From: an archaeon
GTDB lineage: Archaea; Iainarchaeota; Iainarchaeia; Iainarchaeales; GW2011-AR10
DNA: 38,708 bases
Assembly (NCBI GenBank): GCA_030651515.1
Contig: JAUSEO010000005.1
Coordinates: forward strand, 1-38,708
Direction of reading: 5' to 3'
The notes beneath the pieces were generated by a model. That model did not search any database, had not been told where the DNA came from, and saw only the letters and a program-made list of their open reading frames with translations. The position numbers were made by a program, and so were the translations under genes. This document shows positions 1-8,770 of the stretch, in pieces. The stretch's first letter is position 1. Every line of letters begins with the position of its first letter.

Positions 1-195
1 GCAATGTACTCGATTTTCTTCCTGGGAAACGTCGTGCTCCTCGAAAGCTTCGGGGTTGAAGTCCCGCAATGGCTTTCACCACTCATAACCTTCGCAGTAA
101 TAGGGTACTTTTTCTGGAAATCAAAAAAAGAAATAGCCAAAGAAGTTATTTTGCAAAAAAAACCAGGTACGCAAAAACCAGGTAAAGAAGAATAA
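1..195 (+). CDS. C-terminal part of a DUF475-type membrane protein (5' partial)
   Basis: AMYSIFFLG...ESFG..VP.WLSPLITF..IGYFFWKS resembles the DUF475 C-terminus, and the ORF runs off the window start. Confidence 0.6.
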   Translation, partial: AMYSIFFLGNVVLLESFGVEVPQWLSPLITFAVIGYFFWKSKKEIAKEVILQKKPGTQKPGKEE

Positions 196-856
196 GCAGA
201 AAACCAATCTTTGCACCCAGTGTCGAGAACTTGTTTTTTCCCGCGATTTTTACAAACCAGTAAAGCTCCCCTGCAAGCACCAGGAACGTGACTGCAAGCA
301 GGAGGTACCCTGCAAGGTTTAACAACGCTGACTGGTTGATTGCCAAAAAGTGAAAAACCGCTGCAAAGTACCCAAAATACACAAGCCGGTGAATTGTCTT
401 CCACCGTGCTGGCCCAATCTTTTCCATAGCCCAGTCAGTGGAAGTGAGTGCAAGCACCAAAAATACAAGGTAACCCACAACCCCGAAAATCATTGGGTTT
501 TCAATGGGGTTTAGCGAGAAAAAAACCTGGGAAACATCCCCGCCAAACAAAAGGTTTACCACGCTCAACGAATGCCCTGCAATGAAAACAAGCCCTGCGA
601 CCCCAAGGCTTCTTCGCACATGCCAATACTTTGCATAAACTGGGCGGAACTTGAAAAAAACGCTTGAAAGCAAAGCAAGCCCGATAAAAGTTGCTCCAGA
701 AAAAGCAAATGCTCTAATCAAAGCAAACGAAAACTGCCCAGGAATAACAACGTAGAACTGGTAAACAAATTGTAAAAGCCAAAAAACAACTGAAAAAACC
801 AGGAACTCCAAGACAAACTTCCAGTTTTTCATCGCGCCTTCAAAAAGCCTTGCCAT
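146..856 (-). CDS. Ferric-reductase-like transmembrane protein (MsrQ/YedZ-like)
   Basis: Motifs RRSLG, GH, LALTS.D, W..IHRLVY and VFH in a multi-TM protein. Confidence 0.85.
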   Translation of the reverse strand: MARLFEGAMKNWKFVLEFLVFSVVFWLLQFVYQFYVVIPGQFSFALIRAFAFSGATFIGLALLSSVFFKFRPVYAKYWHVRRSLGVAGLVFIAGHSLSVVNLLFGGDVSQVFFSLNPIENPMIFGVVGYLVFLVLALTSTDWAMEKIGPARWKTIHRLVYFGYFAAVFHFLAINQSALLNLAGYLLLAVTFLVLAGELYWFVKIAGKNKFSTLGAKIGFLLILLYLVFAYLVFFAK

Positions 857-911
857 GAAGAAAAATTAACCACTTTGGGGTTAAAATAGGTTTCTGTCTT
901 TCGTGTTTTTT

Positions 912-1295
912 ATGGCCAACGATTTTTCCCGCGAAACGGTTTTCCTGCTTTTACTGGCTTTAGCGGGGGAAATAATCGGGAACGTTTACGGTTTTTACAG
1001 GATATTCCCTGCATTTGACCTTGTCACACACTTTGTTGGAGGTGCCCTCGTTTCCTCAATTGCGATAAAGTTTCTCTACAACAAGCTGCAGCGCCATTCA
1101 TTCTTTGTCAATGTTGTTTTCACGATGGGGATTGGGGCTTTTTGGGAAATAATAGAGTTCACGGCAGACCTGTTGTTTCACCTTGGCATGCAGGGCAGCT
1201 TAAATGATACAATGGTTGACTTGGTAATGGTGGCCTCTGCTGCAATAATAATAAACTTCATTTACTATTCAAAAAAACAGGAACCATGGATTTGA
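912..1295 (+). CDS. Membrane protein, DUF2238/VanZ-like
   Basis: D.VTHF.GG, WEIIEF..D and DT..DL motifs with 4 TM segments. Confidence 0.6.
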   Translation: MANDFSRETVFLLLLALAGEIIGNVYGFYRIFPAFDLVTHFVGGALVSSIAIKFLYNKLQRHSFFVNVVFTMGIGAFWEIIEFTADLLFHLGMQGSLNDTMVDLVMVASAAIIINFIYYSKKQEPWI

Positions 1296-1306
1296 AAAAC
1301 GGGTAA

Positions 1307-1567
1307 TCACTTTGTGTTAACTTCACTGCCGTTAACCAGCAATTCTTTGGCACTCCTGCCAAAAGACTTTATTTCAAGTTCGCGCCTCATCGCACTTTTC
1401 CTTGATTTCTTTTTCTCAAAATAAACGAGCTTCACCGGCAAATGGGACCGTGTGTACCTTCCACCACGCCCGCTGTTGTGTGTTTTGATTCTCTCATCAA
1501 TGTCTTTTGTGTGCCCGCAGTAAAAGCTGCCATCGCGGCACTCAACCAAGTAAACGAAAAAAACCAT
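1307..1567 (-). CDS. GIY-YIG nuclease family protein (YhbQ-like)
   Basis: FVYLVEC.DGSFYCG.T...ER...HN.G.G.RYTR...A.RRE..IK. Confidence 0.93.
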   Translation of the reverse strand: MVFFVYLVECRDGSFYCGHTKDIDERIKTHNSGRGGRYTRSHLPVKLVYFEKKKSRKSAMRRELEIKSFGRSAKELLVNGSEVNTK

Positions 1568-1629
1568 GGTTAAAAGAGAAAGAATCCAGGACTTTATTAG
1601 GGTTTCTTTTGCAAGTTTTACATTTTACA

Positions 1630-1824
1630 TTATTGTTTAATCTTTCTAAATTTTTTTACTATTTCTTCTTTTGAAGGCATCTTTACTCTCTTGAAAAGCA
1701 AAGTGTCTCCGCTTCCAGTGACTGCAAAAGCTTCTCCTTCTTCTAATTTCATTTTTTTTCTTACTTCCTGGGGTATTACTATTTGCCCTCTTGAACTCAT
1801 CTTAATTAATTCAACTTCACCCAC
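1630..1824 (-). CDS. AbrB/MazE/SpoVT family DNA-binding protein
   Basis: KMSSRGQIVIPQEVR motif, with GGTGA SD upstream. Confidence 0.9.
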   Translation of the reverse strand: MGEVELIKMSSRGQIVIPQEVRKKMKLEEGEAFAVTGSGDTLLFKRVKMPSKEEIVKKFRKIKQ

Positions 1825-2176
1825 TTAAATCACCTGTATAAACCGATAGTCCGAACTCATTAATATATGGGCATATTACTATGTTTTCATTAATATATTT
1901 TTCTTAAAATAAGAAAGTAAGGAATCCCACTTTACAGAACACTTGAAAAAGTGTAAATCTGGATTTAACTTAAGTTCGTATTTTCTGTTTCTAAAAAATA
2001 ATTACTTGTAATTTTGTTACAGCTCATTAATAGGAAGGTTGGTATTATTCATTTTAGGCAGCATTTGAAATTCTACAGTTTTTCTCTTTGAAAAACCATT
2101 TTGAAAATTTTCTTGTTCTGTTTTATCTGCTGAAACAAAAATTTACTTAAACTAATTTGCCCTGGGGTGGTAATCA

Positions 2177-2662
2177 ATGCAAGAAATTAGACAAATCAAT
2201 AAGATAACTGATTCCGGCATTAAAGTTCACGGTTTGAAAGGAAAGAAAGTCATGGCTTTAAATGGAAAAGAAGTCGGAAAGATTACAGAAATAAGATTAG
2301 ACCCCAAATCGCTTAATTTGGATGGAATTGAAATGGACAGAGGCTTCTTTGGACTTGATACCTTCATCGGAAGGAACTATATAGCGTCCTTGAGTATAGA
2401 AGGTGCAGTCCTTAACATGACTCCTGTAACAGACTACAAAGGGTTACAGGTATTTGATTCAAATGGAAAAGAAGTGGGGAAAGTAAAAGAAATCCGGACA
2501 GACGGTAATACAAACAACATTGCCGCCATTGTGGTAGGCACAGGCCTGCTCAGTAACGACGTGATTTTCTCAAAATCAGACGTCAAAAGCGTGGGTGAAA
2601 GCATCATGCTAAACAGCGCCTTTGATGAGAAGGCAGTGAAAGTTGGCGGTCGCTCAGAATAA
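2177..2662 (+). CDS. Tandem PRC-barrel domain protein
   Basis: Two repeats of G..V....GKEVGK..EI. Confidence 0.85.
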   Translation: MQEIRQINKITDSGIKVHGLKGKKVMALNGKEVGKITEIRLDPKSLNLDGIEMDRGFFGLDTFIGRNYIASLSIEGAVLNMTPVTDYKGLQVFDSNGKEVGKVKEIRTDGNTNNIAAIVVGTGLLSNDVIFSKSDVKSVGESIMLNSAFDEKAVKVGGRSE

Positions 2663-2778
2663 AAATAAGTGCAACCGGTATGACGCCATTTAATTTTAAC
2701 CAAGAGTGCACTTGTGTGGGTGGGGTGGTGTCATTCCATTTCAGGTAAACTAAATTAAAACAATGTGGTGATAAGACA

Positions 2779-2940
2779 ATGGATGTGATATTGACAATAG
2801 TAGTGGTTTTAGTAATCCTGTGGGCGCTTGGGCTTATCGGTTCAATTGGCGGCAGTTTAATCCACTTGCTTTTGGTGATTGCTTTGATAATAATAGTCTA
2901 CAGGCTAAGCCAGGGAAGAAACATTGCTACAGGCAAATAA
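2779..2940 (+). CDS. Small lmo0937-family membrane protein (53 aa, not in ORF track)
   Basis: Translated by hand as MDVILTIVVVLVILWALGLIGSIGGSLIHLLLVIALIIIVYRLSQGR..., with GGTGAT SD upstream. Confidence 0.85.
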   Translation: MDVILTIVVVLVILWALGLIGSIGGSLIHLLLVIALIIIVYRLSQGRNIATGK

Positions 2941-3031
2941 GATTCCTCCATTTAAACTAAAAAAAAGTTTTTATTAAAAGCAAGAAAAAATAAATTCAAA
3001 CAATTTTGGATAACTTGGAAATGTGTTAAAC

Positions 3032-4699
3032 ATGGGTGTTTTTAAGAAAGAAAAAATTAGTGCCAACCGAATTGCACTTATTGTACAAACCCTTGTTAAA
3101 TATGGTTTTAGATCAGCGGCTCAAAAAATCGGATTAAAGAGGGGGATTTCTTTCATTCCAAAAATTAGGAATAATATGGCGACCCGGTATGATTCGCACC
3201 AGAGAACTAAACTGCTTCTTGAAGATCTTGGCCCGACTTTTGTAAAACTTGGCCAAATTCTTAGTACAAGGCCAGATCTTATTGGGGAAGAACTTTCTAC
3301 TGAGCTGGCAAAACTACAGGATTCAGTCGAACCATTTAGTTATCAGGAAGTTGAAAAAGTATTTAAGGAAGAATTTGGAAAGCCGATTAATTCCGTTTTC
3401 AAATCATTTGAAGAGGTTCCAGTGGCTTCTGCTTCTCTTGCCCAGGTGCATAAAGCGGTTACTAAAGAAGGGAAATTAGTTGCGGTAAAAGTGCAAAGGC
3501 CTAATATTGAGGAAATAATTCATCAAGATATTCAAATAATGCATTATATTGCAAAACTTGCTGAAAGCCGTAATTCTAATCTTAAAAAATTCAAGTCCCC
3601 CGAAATAGTTGAGGAATTTCAGAGGAGTTTGCAAAAAGAACTTAATTTCAAGTATGAAGGACAAAATATTTTACGCTTTAAAGAAATATTCAAAGATGAC
3701 CCAAATATTGTAATCCCTGAGTATTTTGAAGAATTATCCTCAAGTAAAATACTCACAATGGGCTTTGTTTCGGGGACCCCTCTTAGTGAAATAATTGCCG
3801 GAAAAACAATTGAAGGGATAGATAAGCCCCTGATTGCAAAAATTTGCGTTCACGCTTACTTCAAACAATTGCTTGAGCACGGATTTTTTCATGCCGATCT
3901 TCACCCTGGAAACATTTTTGTAGAAAAAAATAAAGTTGGTTTTGTAGACTTTGGAATGATTGGCTGGTTAGAACAAACGCAAATAGATGAACTTTCAAGG
4001 CTATTCCTAAATCTCATTGAATGTGATGTCAGCAATATCATAATTCAATTGAATGACATGGACCTGCTAACTGATGGTATTGATGTTGCCAGCTTAAGGG
4101 AAGATATTTCTGATTTAATGGAAACTTATTATGGACTTGACATGAAATCAGTAAATTTAGGTAAATCGGCAACAGAGTTAATGCTTCTTTTAACAAAACA
4201 CAAAATAAGGATTCCAAAAGAATACACTATGCTTAGCCGATCCCTTCTATTGGTTGAAAGTTCCGCTAAAGCATTGGATCCAAATTTTAGTGCGGTAGAT
4301 ATATTCAAGCCAGACCTGATCAGTCTTGCTGCAAAAAAATTTTCCCCAAAAGAAATTATTAAAAAAATAAAAAAGCAGGTATTTGACATTGATTCCTTGT
4401 CGCGGACATTCCCTAAATCTATCCGGAATATTTTAAGGGTTATTGAGAGGGGAAAAATAAAGCTTGAGTTTGAGCACAAAAACCTTGATATTTTTGCTGA
4501 AAAGCTTGATCAAATAATGAACCGGCTTGTCGTGGCAATAATACTTGCAGCAATAATAGTGGGCTCTTCAATTGCAATGGTTGCAAGCAATAATTTGCAG
4601 ATTTACGGGCTGCCAACCCTTTCAGTGTTGGGTTTTTTTGCGGCATTTGTGCTTGGATTTATACTTGTAGTATTATCATTGAGAAAAATCGTGAGGTGA
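3032..4699 (+). CDS. AarF/ABC1/UbiB family atypical kinase
   Basis: LGPTFVKLGQILSTRPD, ASASLAQVH, VAVKVQRP, HADLHPGN, DFGM and C-terminal TMs. Confidence 0.95.
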   Translation: MGVFKKEKISANRIALIVQTLVKYGFRSAAQKIGLKRGISFIPKIRNNMATRYDSHQRTKLLLEDLGPTFVKLGQILSTRPDLIGEELSTELAKLQDSVEPFSYQEVEKVFKEEFGKPINSVFKSFEEVPVASASLAQVHKAVTKEGKLVAVKVQRPNIEEIIHQDIQIMHYIAKLAESRNSNLKKFKSPEIVEEFQRSLQKELNFKYEGQNILRFKEIFKDDPNIVIPEYFEELSSSKILTMGFVSGTPLSEIIAGKTIEGIDKPLIAKICVHAYFKQLLEHGFFHADLHPGNIFVEKNKVGFVDFGMIGWLEQTQIDELSRLFLNLIECDVSNIIIQLNDMDLLTDGIDVASLREDISDLMETYYGLDMKSVNLGKSATELMLLLTKHKIRIPKEYTMLSRSLLLVESSAKALDPNFSAVDIFKPDLISLAAKKFSPKEIIKKIKKQVFDIDSLSRTFPKSIRNILRVIERGKIKLEFEHKNLDIFAEKLDQIMNRLVVAIILAAIIVGSSIAMVASNNLQIYGLPTLSVLGFFAAFVLGFILVVLSLRKIVR

Positions 4700-4705
4700 A
4701 AGAGT

Positions 4706-5056
4706 ATGATAAAGAAAAACGAATCAGATTTTGGTCAAAAAGACATTGAAGGCATGGTTGAGCAAGCAACCCGGCTTGGAATAGGCTTTGTGATCGTAAG
4801 CAAAGAGGCACTGGAAGACGTTATTAAAAAAACAACCAAAGATAACGGGGTTTCAGAGAAACAAGCAAAGCAGGCAGTAACTGACCTGGTTAATGAATCA
4901 AAGCGAAGGGAAAAACAACTAAGGGAAAAGGTTAAAGCAGTAATAAAAACTGCCAAAGCAAACAGCCCTGTTGTCCCAAGGGCAGAAGTGTTAAAAATGA
5001 AAACCGAAATTGCGAAGCTAAAACAACAATTGAAAAAGAAAAAAACAAGAAATTAA
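4706..5056 (+). CDS. Phasin-like coiled-coil protein
   Basis: LGIG....SKE..E......G.VSEKQA pattern with a coiled-coil tail, next to a UbiB kinase as is common for this family. Confidence 0.55.
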   Translation: MIKKNESDFGQKDIEGMVEQATRLGIGFVIVSKEALEDVIKKTTKDNGVSEKQAKQAVTDLVNESKRREKQLREKVKAVIKTAKANSPVVPRAEVLKMKTEIAKLKQQLKKKKTRN

Positions 5057-5087
5057 TTTAATAGTCAAGCATCGCGGAAGCTCTACG

Positions 5088-5102
5088 AGCCAAGAGGCTC
5101 GT
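5088..5102. terminator. Hairpin between convergent genes
   Basis: ACGAGCC-AAGA-GGCTCGT inverted repeat between the stops at 5056 and 5169. Confidence 0.35.
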
Positions 5103-5168
5103 CTTCCAAAATTTCAAAGCAAGTTTGAGTTACTGTAATTTTGGCTTAGATTGTATTTCCAAAAACTG

Positions 5169-5429
5169 CTAGAACGCAATTCCAAAATAGCTGAGTAAAA
5201 TAACCAGTGCGATTCCAGGAATTCCGCCCAACGCCACAATTAGAATGCTCCAAACGTTGATTTGTATGTTAACGAAAGGCAGAAAGTTAAGCAAAATCAG
5301 AATAACCATTCCAACCACGCTATTTATTAACAGCCAAACAATTCCTTTTCCAAGTTTCCATGCCAAGATAACCAGTAGGACTATGAAAAGAAAAGTCAAA
5401 ATGGGTCCAAGAAATGATATTACTGCCAT
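5169..5429 (-). CDS. BofA (pro-sigmaK processing inhibitor) family membrane protein
   Basis: LINSVVG..ILILLN......IN...ILIVALGGIPG. Confidence 0.85.
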   Translation of the reverse strand: MAVISFLGPILTFLFIVLLVILAWKLGKGIVWLLINSVVGMVILILLNFLPFVNIQINVWSILIVALGGIPGIALVILLSYFGIAF

Positions 5430-5602
5430 AGTACTTTCACCAAAGATATTGTATGCAGGCCAGTGTAATAACCTGTGATATTTGGATTTACCTAAACTGC
5501 TTTTAGAATATGTCCCTATATTTCCCGCGTTAAGTCACGTGCAACAATTTCAAACAACTATGGTTAAACTCTTCCAACCTATGATTCATTGGAAGTGATT
5601 TT

Positions 5603-5785
5603 ATGGGTATAATGGATGTTCTTTTTGGGAAACGAAACACTACAAAAAAAGAAGGGACTGAAAGCTGGACAAAGTTTGATGATGGCGTATTAAAGGTTAC
5701 AAGAAAAGAAACCACAACTGAAAGGAACTCGTCTGGAAATATGATCTCAAAAAAAACAACCACTCAAGAAACAGAAAACCAATAA
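5603..5785 (+). CDS. Small hypothetical protein
   Basis: 60-aa ORF with an SD-like GAAGTGAT upstream that fills an intergenic gap. Confidence 0.5.
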   Translation: MGIMDVLFGKRNTTKKEGTESWTKFDDGVLKVTRKETTTERNSSGNMISKKTTTQETENQ

Positions 5786-5796
5786 TTCTGAAAATT

Positions 5797-6375
5797 TTAA
5801 AGCTTTGTCAAATCCACCAAATTGTCCGCAAACTGGCTTATCATGGGGGCAAGTTGTTCGTAGTGCTTGTCATTAATCGTGAGAAAAACCCCATCCAACT
5901 CAAAGATTTTTATTTTATTTACCAAGTAATGTGTGAACCTTTCCACATCTATTACCTGGTTGTACAATAACAATGTTGAAAGCGAATCAATGAACAAGTA
6001 GTTTGTCTTTCTTTTTGCCAAACACCCGCTTAAAACATCAGACAGTGCAGCAAGTGAATCAGGCTTTTCTAAAAAAACGCAATTCTCCATGTTTGATTCA
6101 ATTCCGTCCTTCATGCTGATTATGTCTATAAAGCTTAACAAATTTGTATCAACCTTGTCTTTTTTCAATCTTTTAGCGAACAATTGGCTTGGCTCATTTA
6201 CATTTATTATTAACCCGCTTTTTTTCAGTTCATTGCATAAATACTGGACAAGGTACACATTTGTGGCAATAAAGTCTTGCATGGGGGTTATAAAAAGATA
6301 AATTTTGAAATCGCCAAAATTTTTGAATTCCTGCTTAAACACGTTTGTTAACTGGTCTTTATCCATGTTGTTCAC
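5797..6375 (-). CDS. KaiC/RecA-like ATPase-fold protein lacking a Walker A motif
   Basis: FID..S and LFIDSLSTLLLYN...AD motifs typical of archaeal KaiC-like domains. Confidence 0.6.
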   Translation of the reverse strand: MNNMDKDQLTNVFKQEFKNFGDFKIYLFITPMQDFIATNVYLVQYLCNELKKSGLIINVNEPSQLFAKRLKKDKVDTNLLSFIDIISMKDGIESNMENCVFLEKPDSLAALSDVLSGCLAKRKTNYLFIDSLSTLLLYNQVIDVERFTHYLVNKIKIFELDGVFLTINDKHYEQLAPMISQFADNLVDLTKL

Positions 6376-6940
6376 GCACCTTGCATCCGTATAAGTTATA
6401 ATACACTATGTCTTCAAAATTTTTCCTTGTTTTTTCATGGCTAAAAGAGCTTTTTTTTCCAAAACCAAGCCCTACAAGAAGTATTGCTTCCTTTTTCCCT
6501 GAAATGCCAAGCAGTTTATTTGCCTGCTCAACTACTGGTGACAGTATGCATGAATCAATCCCAAGATAAGTAGCTTGATTGACAATGTTTGATGCGGCAA
6601 ACCCTATGTTCAGATAGCGGTGCGATTCGGTGAACTTGGCCAAGCTTTCCTTCAGTAAACCCGGCTGGTTCTCGTATATCGGCTCAAGAACGATTGCAAT
6701 GAGCGCTGGTGGGTTTGTGTGAAAATTTCCATAAACGCATGTTTTCATTAATTTGTCAATAAGCGCGTCATCAGTTACTATTATGAAACTCCACGGTTGG
6801 CTGTTGTGGGAGCTTGGGGATAAGCGACCAGCTTCAAGGATTTTTTGTATAGATTCTGAGTTCACTTTTTGAGCCGTAAACTCGTATGCTGTCTTTCGTT
6901 GCCTTACCAATACCAAAAAATTGGGGGGGGGCGCCAACAT
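6359..6940 (-). CDS. Nitroreductase family protein
   Basis: RKT.YEF...ILEAGRLSPSSHNSQPW.F...LGIDSC. The start is uncertain because of a poly-C tract. Confidence 0.92.
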   Translation of the reverse strand: MLAPPPNFLVLVRQRKTAYEFTAQKVNSESIQKILEAGRLSPSSHNSQPWSFIIVTDDALIDKLMKTCVYGNFHTNPPALIAIVLEPIYENQPGLLKESLAKFTESHRYLNIGFAASNIVNQATYLGIDSCILSPVVEQANKLLGISGKKEAILLVGLGFGKKSSFSHEKTRKNFEDIVYYNLYGCKVREQHG

Positions 6941-7085
6941 TTTCCATGTTATATTCTATTAAGTGAATATTTTTAATACTCTCTATCCAAGAAATTGAAG
7001 CAACTGCCACTAAGTAGTGCTACCGTGCTTAGTGCTGTAATCACTGCGTTGAACCTATTAATTCTGAAAATAAGAAAGCAAAAAA

Positions 7086-7229
7086 TCCCGCCTCCCAGAT
7101 TTGCACTGGGGATCTTCCTGTACCTGCTTTTTCTGAACAGGCAATGCCTTTTTTTTTGGCACACTCTTCCGCACAGGAAGAACACAAAAAAACTACAGCC
7201 GGACGCATTAGCTACTATGCTAAGGCGGG
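7086..7229 (-). tRNA. tRNA-Tyr(GTA) with 71-nt BHB intron (7122-7192), atypical and possibly degenerate
   Basis: Acceptor CCCGCCT/AGGCGGG-A, loop CT-GTA-G, T-arm CCCAG-TGCAAAT-CTGGG, BHB helix CTGT/GCAG. The D-loop lacks GG and the anticodon stem has a G.A mismatch. Confidence 0.85.
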
Positions 7230-7357
7230 AACTGAATACACCAGCAACAAACTGGCAAAAGAAACATCTGCCTTATTGTTCACCTGCCCGTTTGTTGGTT
7301 CACAGCGCAGTATGTGGCCTTTCTGCCCTTACAGGGCAAGCGAAAGGCCGGTGATAC
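7230..7357 (-). ncRNA. Putative structured RNA abutting tRNA-Tyr 5' end (copy A)
   Basis: Homologous to 27154-27255 with a compensatory stem change, and ends in TCAGTT at tRNA +1. Confidence 0.55.
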
Positions 7358-7382
7358 AATCGTTTTACACTATGAACCTGTA

Positions 7383-8249
7383 TTAATTGGCGTTAAGTAT
7401 ATTTTTGACCGTTTTGTTCTTTAAAGCTTTTTCATAGGCAACCGGGAACAGGAAAGAAAGCCAAAAGCCTGCAAAAAAAAGCAGGAAACCGCCCCAGAAA
7501 ACGGGCAAAAAGCCAAAGGCAATCGGGGACAAAACCGCCAAGATCCCCAAAAACCCTGCAATGGCCTTTTTAGCCCAGGGTTTTCCGCCGACAGGGCGGT
7601 TGTCATGGCCCGTGAACTTGAACAAAAACACGCCTAGGTAATACCCGATTATGATTGCTGAGGTTGACAATTCTTCAAACAGGAAAAGCACTGCAACAAG
7701 CAAAAAGCTCGTCAAAACAAGCCCCAGTTCTTCCTGCACAAAAAGTTTTTTTGCACGCGCGTTCCACTTGTCAAAAAAAGCCCACACAAGCCTTCCAACG
7801 ACAAGCCCAAGCAGGATGCCTGCAACAACGTCGACTGGATAATGCCTTTCCAGAAAAATCCGCGAATAACCCACGCCAAGAATAAGTGCCAAGAAAAAAA
7901 ACTCTGCGGGTTTTGAAAGTTTTTCACGGAAAAAACCGTAAACTGCAGCAATTGTTGCCGCGTGCCCGGATGGAAAAGAATACTTGTCAAACGAAAAAGA
8001 AAAACTGTTCTCCAGTTTTCCAAGCAAGCTGCTGCTTCCAAGAACTGCTGGGCGTGGAATCATGAAAAAGTTTTTGAAAACCGCGACAAAAACACCTGTA
8101 AGGACAATTGTGTTCAGGAGGAAAAATGATTCTTTTTCCCTTCCTTTCCAATACAGGGCTGTTGACGCCAAAAGCCAGAAAAACGGGTGCCCAAGCGCGC
8201 TTAGGAAAACAAAAAAAATTTCTAAAAACCAGGAAAGCGCAAAATCCAT
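7383..8249 (-). CDS. PAP2-family phosphatase
   Basis: K......RP, SFPSGHA and SRIFLERHYPVDV. Confidence 0.95.
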   Translation of the reverse strand: MDFALSWFLEIFFVFLSALGHPFFWLLASTALYWKGREKESFFLLNTIVLTGVFVAVFKNFFMIPRPAVLGSSSLLGKLENSFSFSFDKYSFPSGHAATIAAVYGFFREKLSKPAEFFFLALILGVGYSRIFLERHYPVDVVAGILLGLVVGRLVWAFFDKWNARAKKLFVQEELGLVLTSFLLVAVLFLFEELSTSAIIIGYYLGVFLFKFTGHDNRPVGGKPWAKKAIAGFLGILAVLSPIAFGFLPVFWGGFLLFFAGFWLSFLFPVAYEKALKNKTVKNILNAN

Positions 8250-8255
8250 GGGTGC

Positions 8256-8705
8256 TTATCCCTTTGATTTTTTCAGTCTCTTCAAGGCAGGAATCTCGAC
8301 ACCGGAGTAATCCACGTTCAGGCCGCAGGCTTTGAGTGCCCTGCGCGTTGCATATGCTTTGCAGAACCCCTGGAGCTCTTTTTGCACATTTTTTTGGAAC
8401 TTTTCAAGGACTGTAACCTCGTTGATTACTGCAGAAATTTTCCGCGTGTTTATTTCCTCAAGCGCGCGTGCAACGTCACCCTTCCCAAAACCAAGCCCGC
8501 TGATTGCAGCGTCGAGTTTTTTCAGGTCAACGGTTTTCCCGAGGTTCTGCTCGATTTTCAGGTCAACTGAAACAGTAAGCCCCGCGAGGAACTCTGCAAC
8601 CACCAATGGGTCGGTCACATCGGTTATTTTCAGTTTCTTGACCGCGACCCAGTCCTCGTAATTCGCTACAAACTGCAGGTATTTTTCATCACTCAAAAGT
8701 CCCAC
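8256..8705 (-). CDS. DUF2666-like archaeal protein
   Basis: FVANYEDWVAVKKLKI...V.EFLA N-terminus, downstream of the ATP synthase operon. Confidence 0.6.
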   Translation of the reverse strand: MGLLSDEKYLQFVANYEDWVAVKKLKITDVTDPLVVAEFLAGLTVSVDLKIEQNLGKTVDLKKLDAAISGLGFGKGDVARALEEINTRKISAVINEVTVLEKFQKNVQKELQGFCKAYATRRALKACGLNVDYSGVEIPALKRLKKSKG

Positions 8706-8770
8706 CCTTTTTTTCCACTTAATGGTTTTTACTTTTTTTTAACCTTATCCTTTGTTGTTTTTTGTTTTTT

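Noticed and set aside
1922..1940. Possible attR copy of the tRNA-Tyr 3' end
   Set aside because: Only about 12/17 identity, which cannot be distinguished from chance
6973..7386. ORFs 6973-7185, 6995-7354 and 7144-7386
   Set aside because: They overlap tRNA-Tyr and its leader element and show no protein-family features
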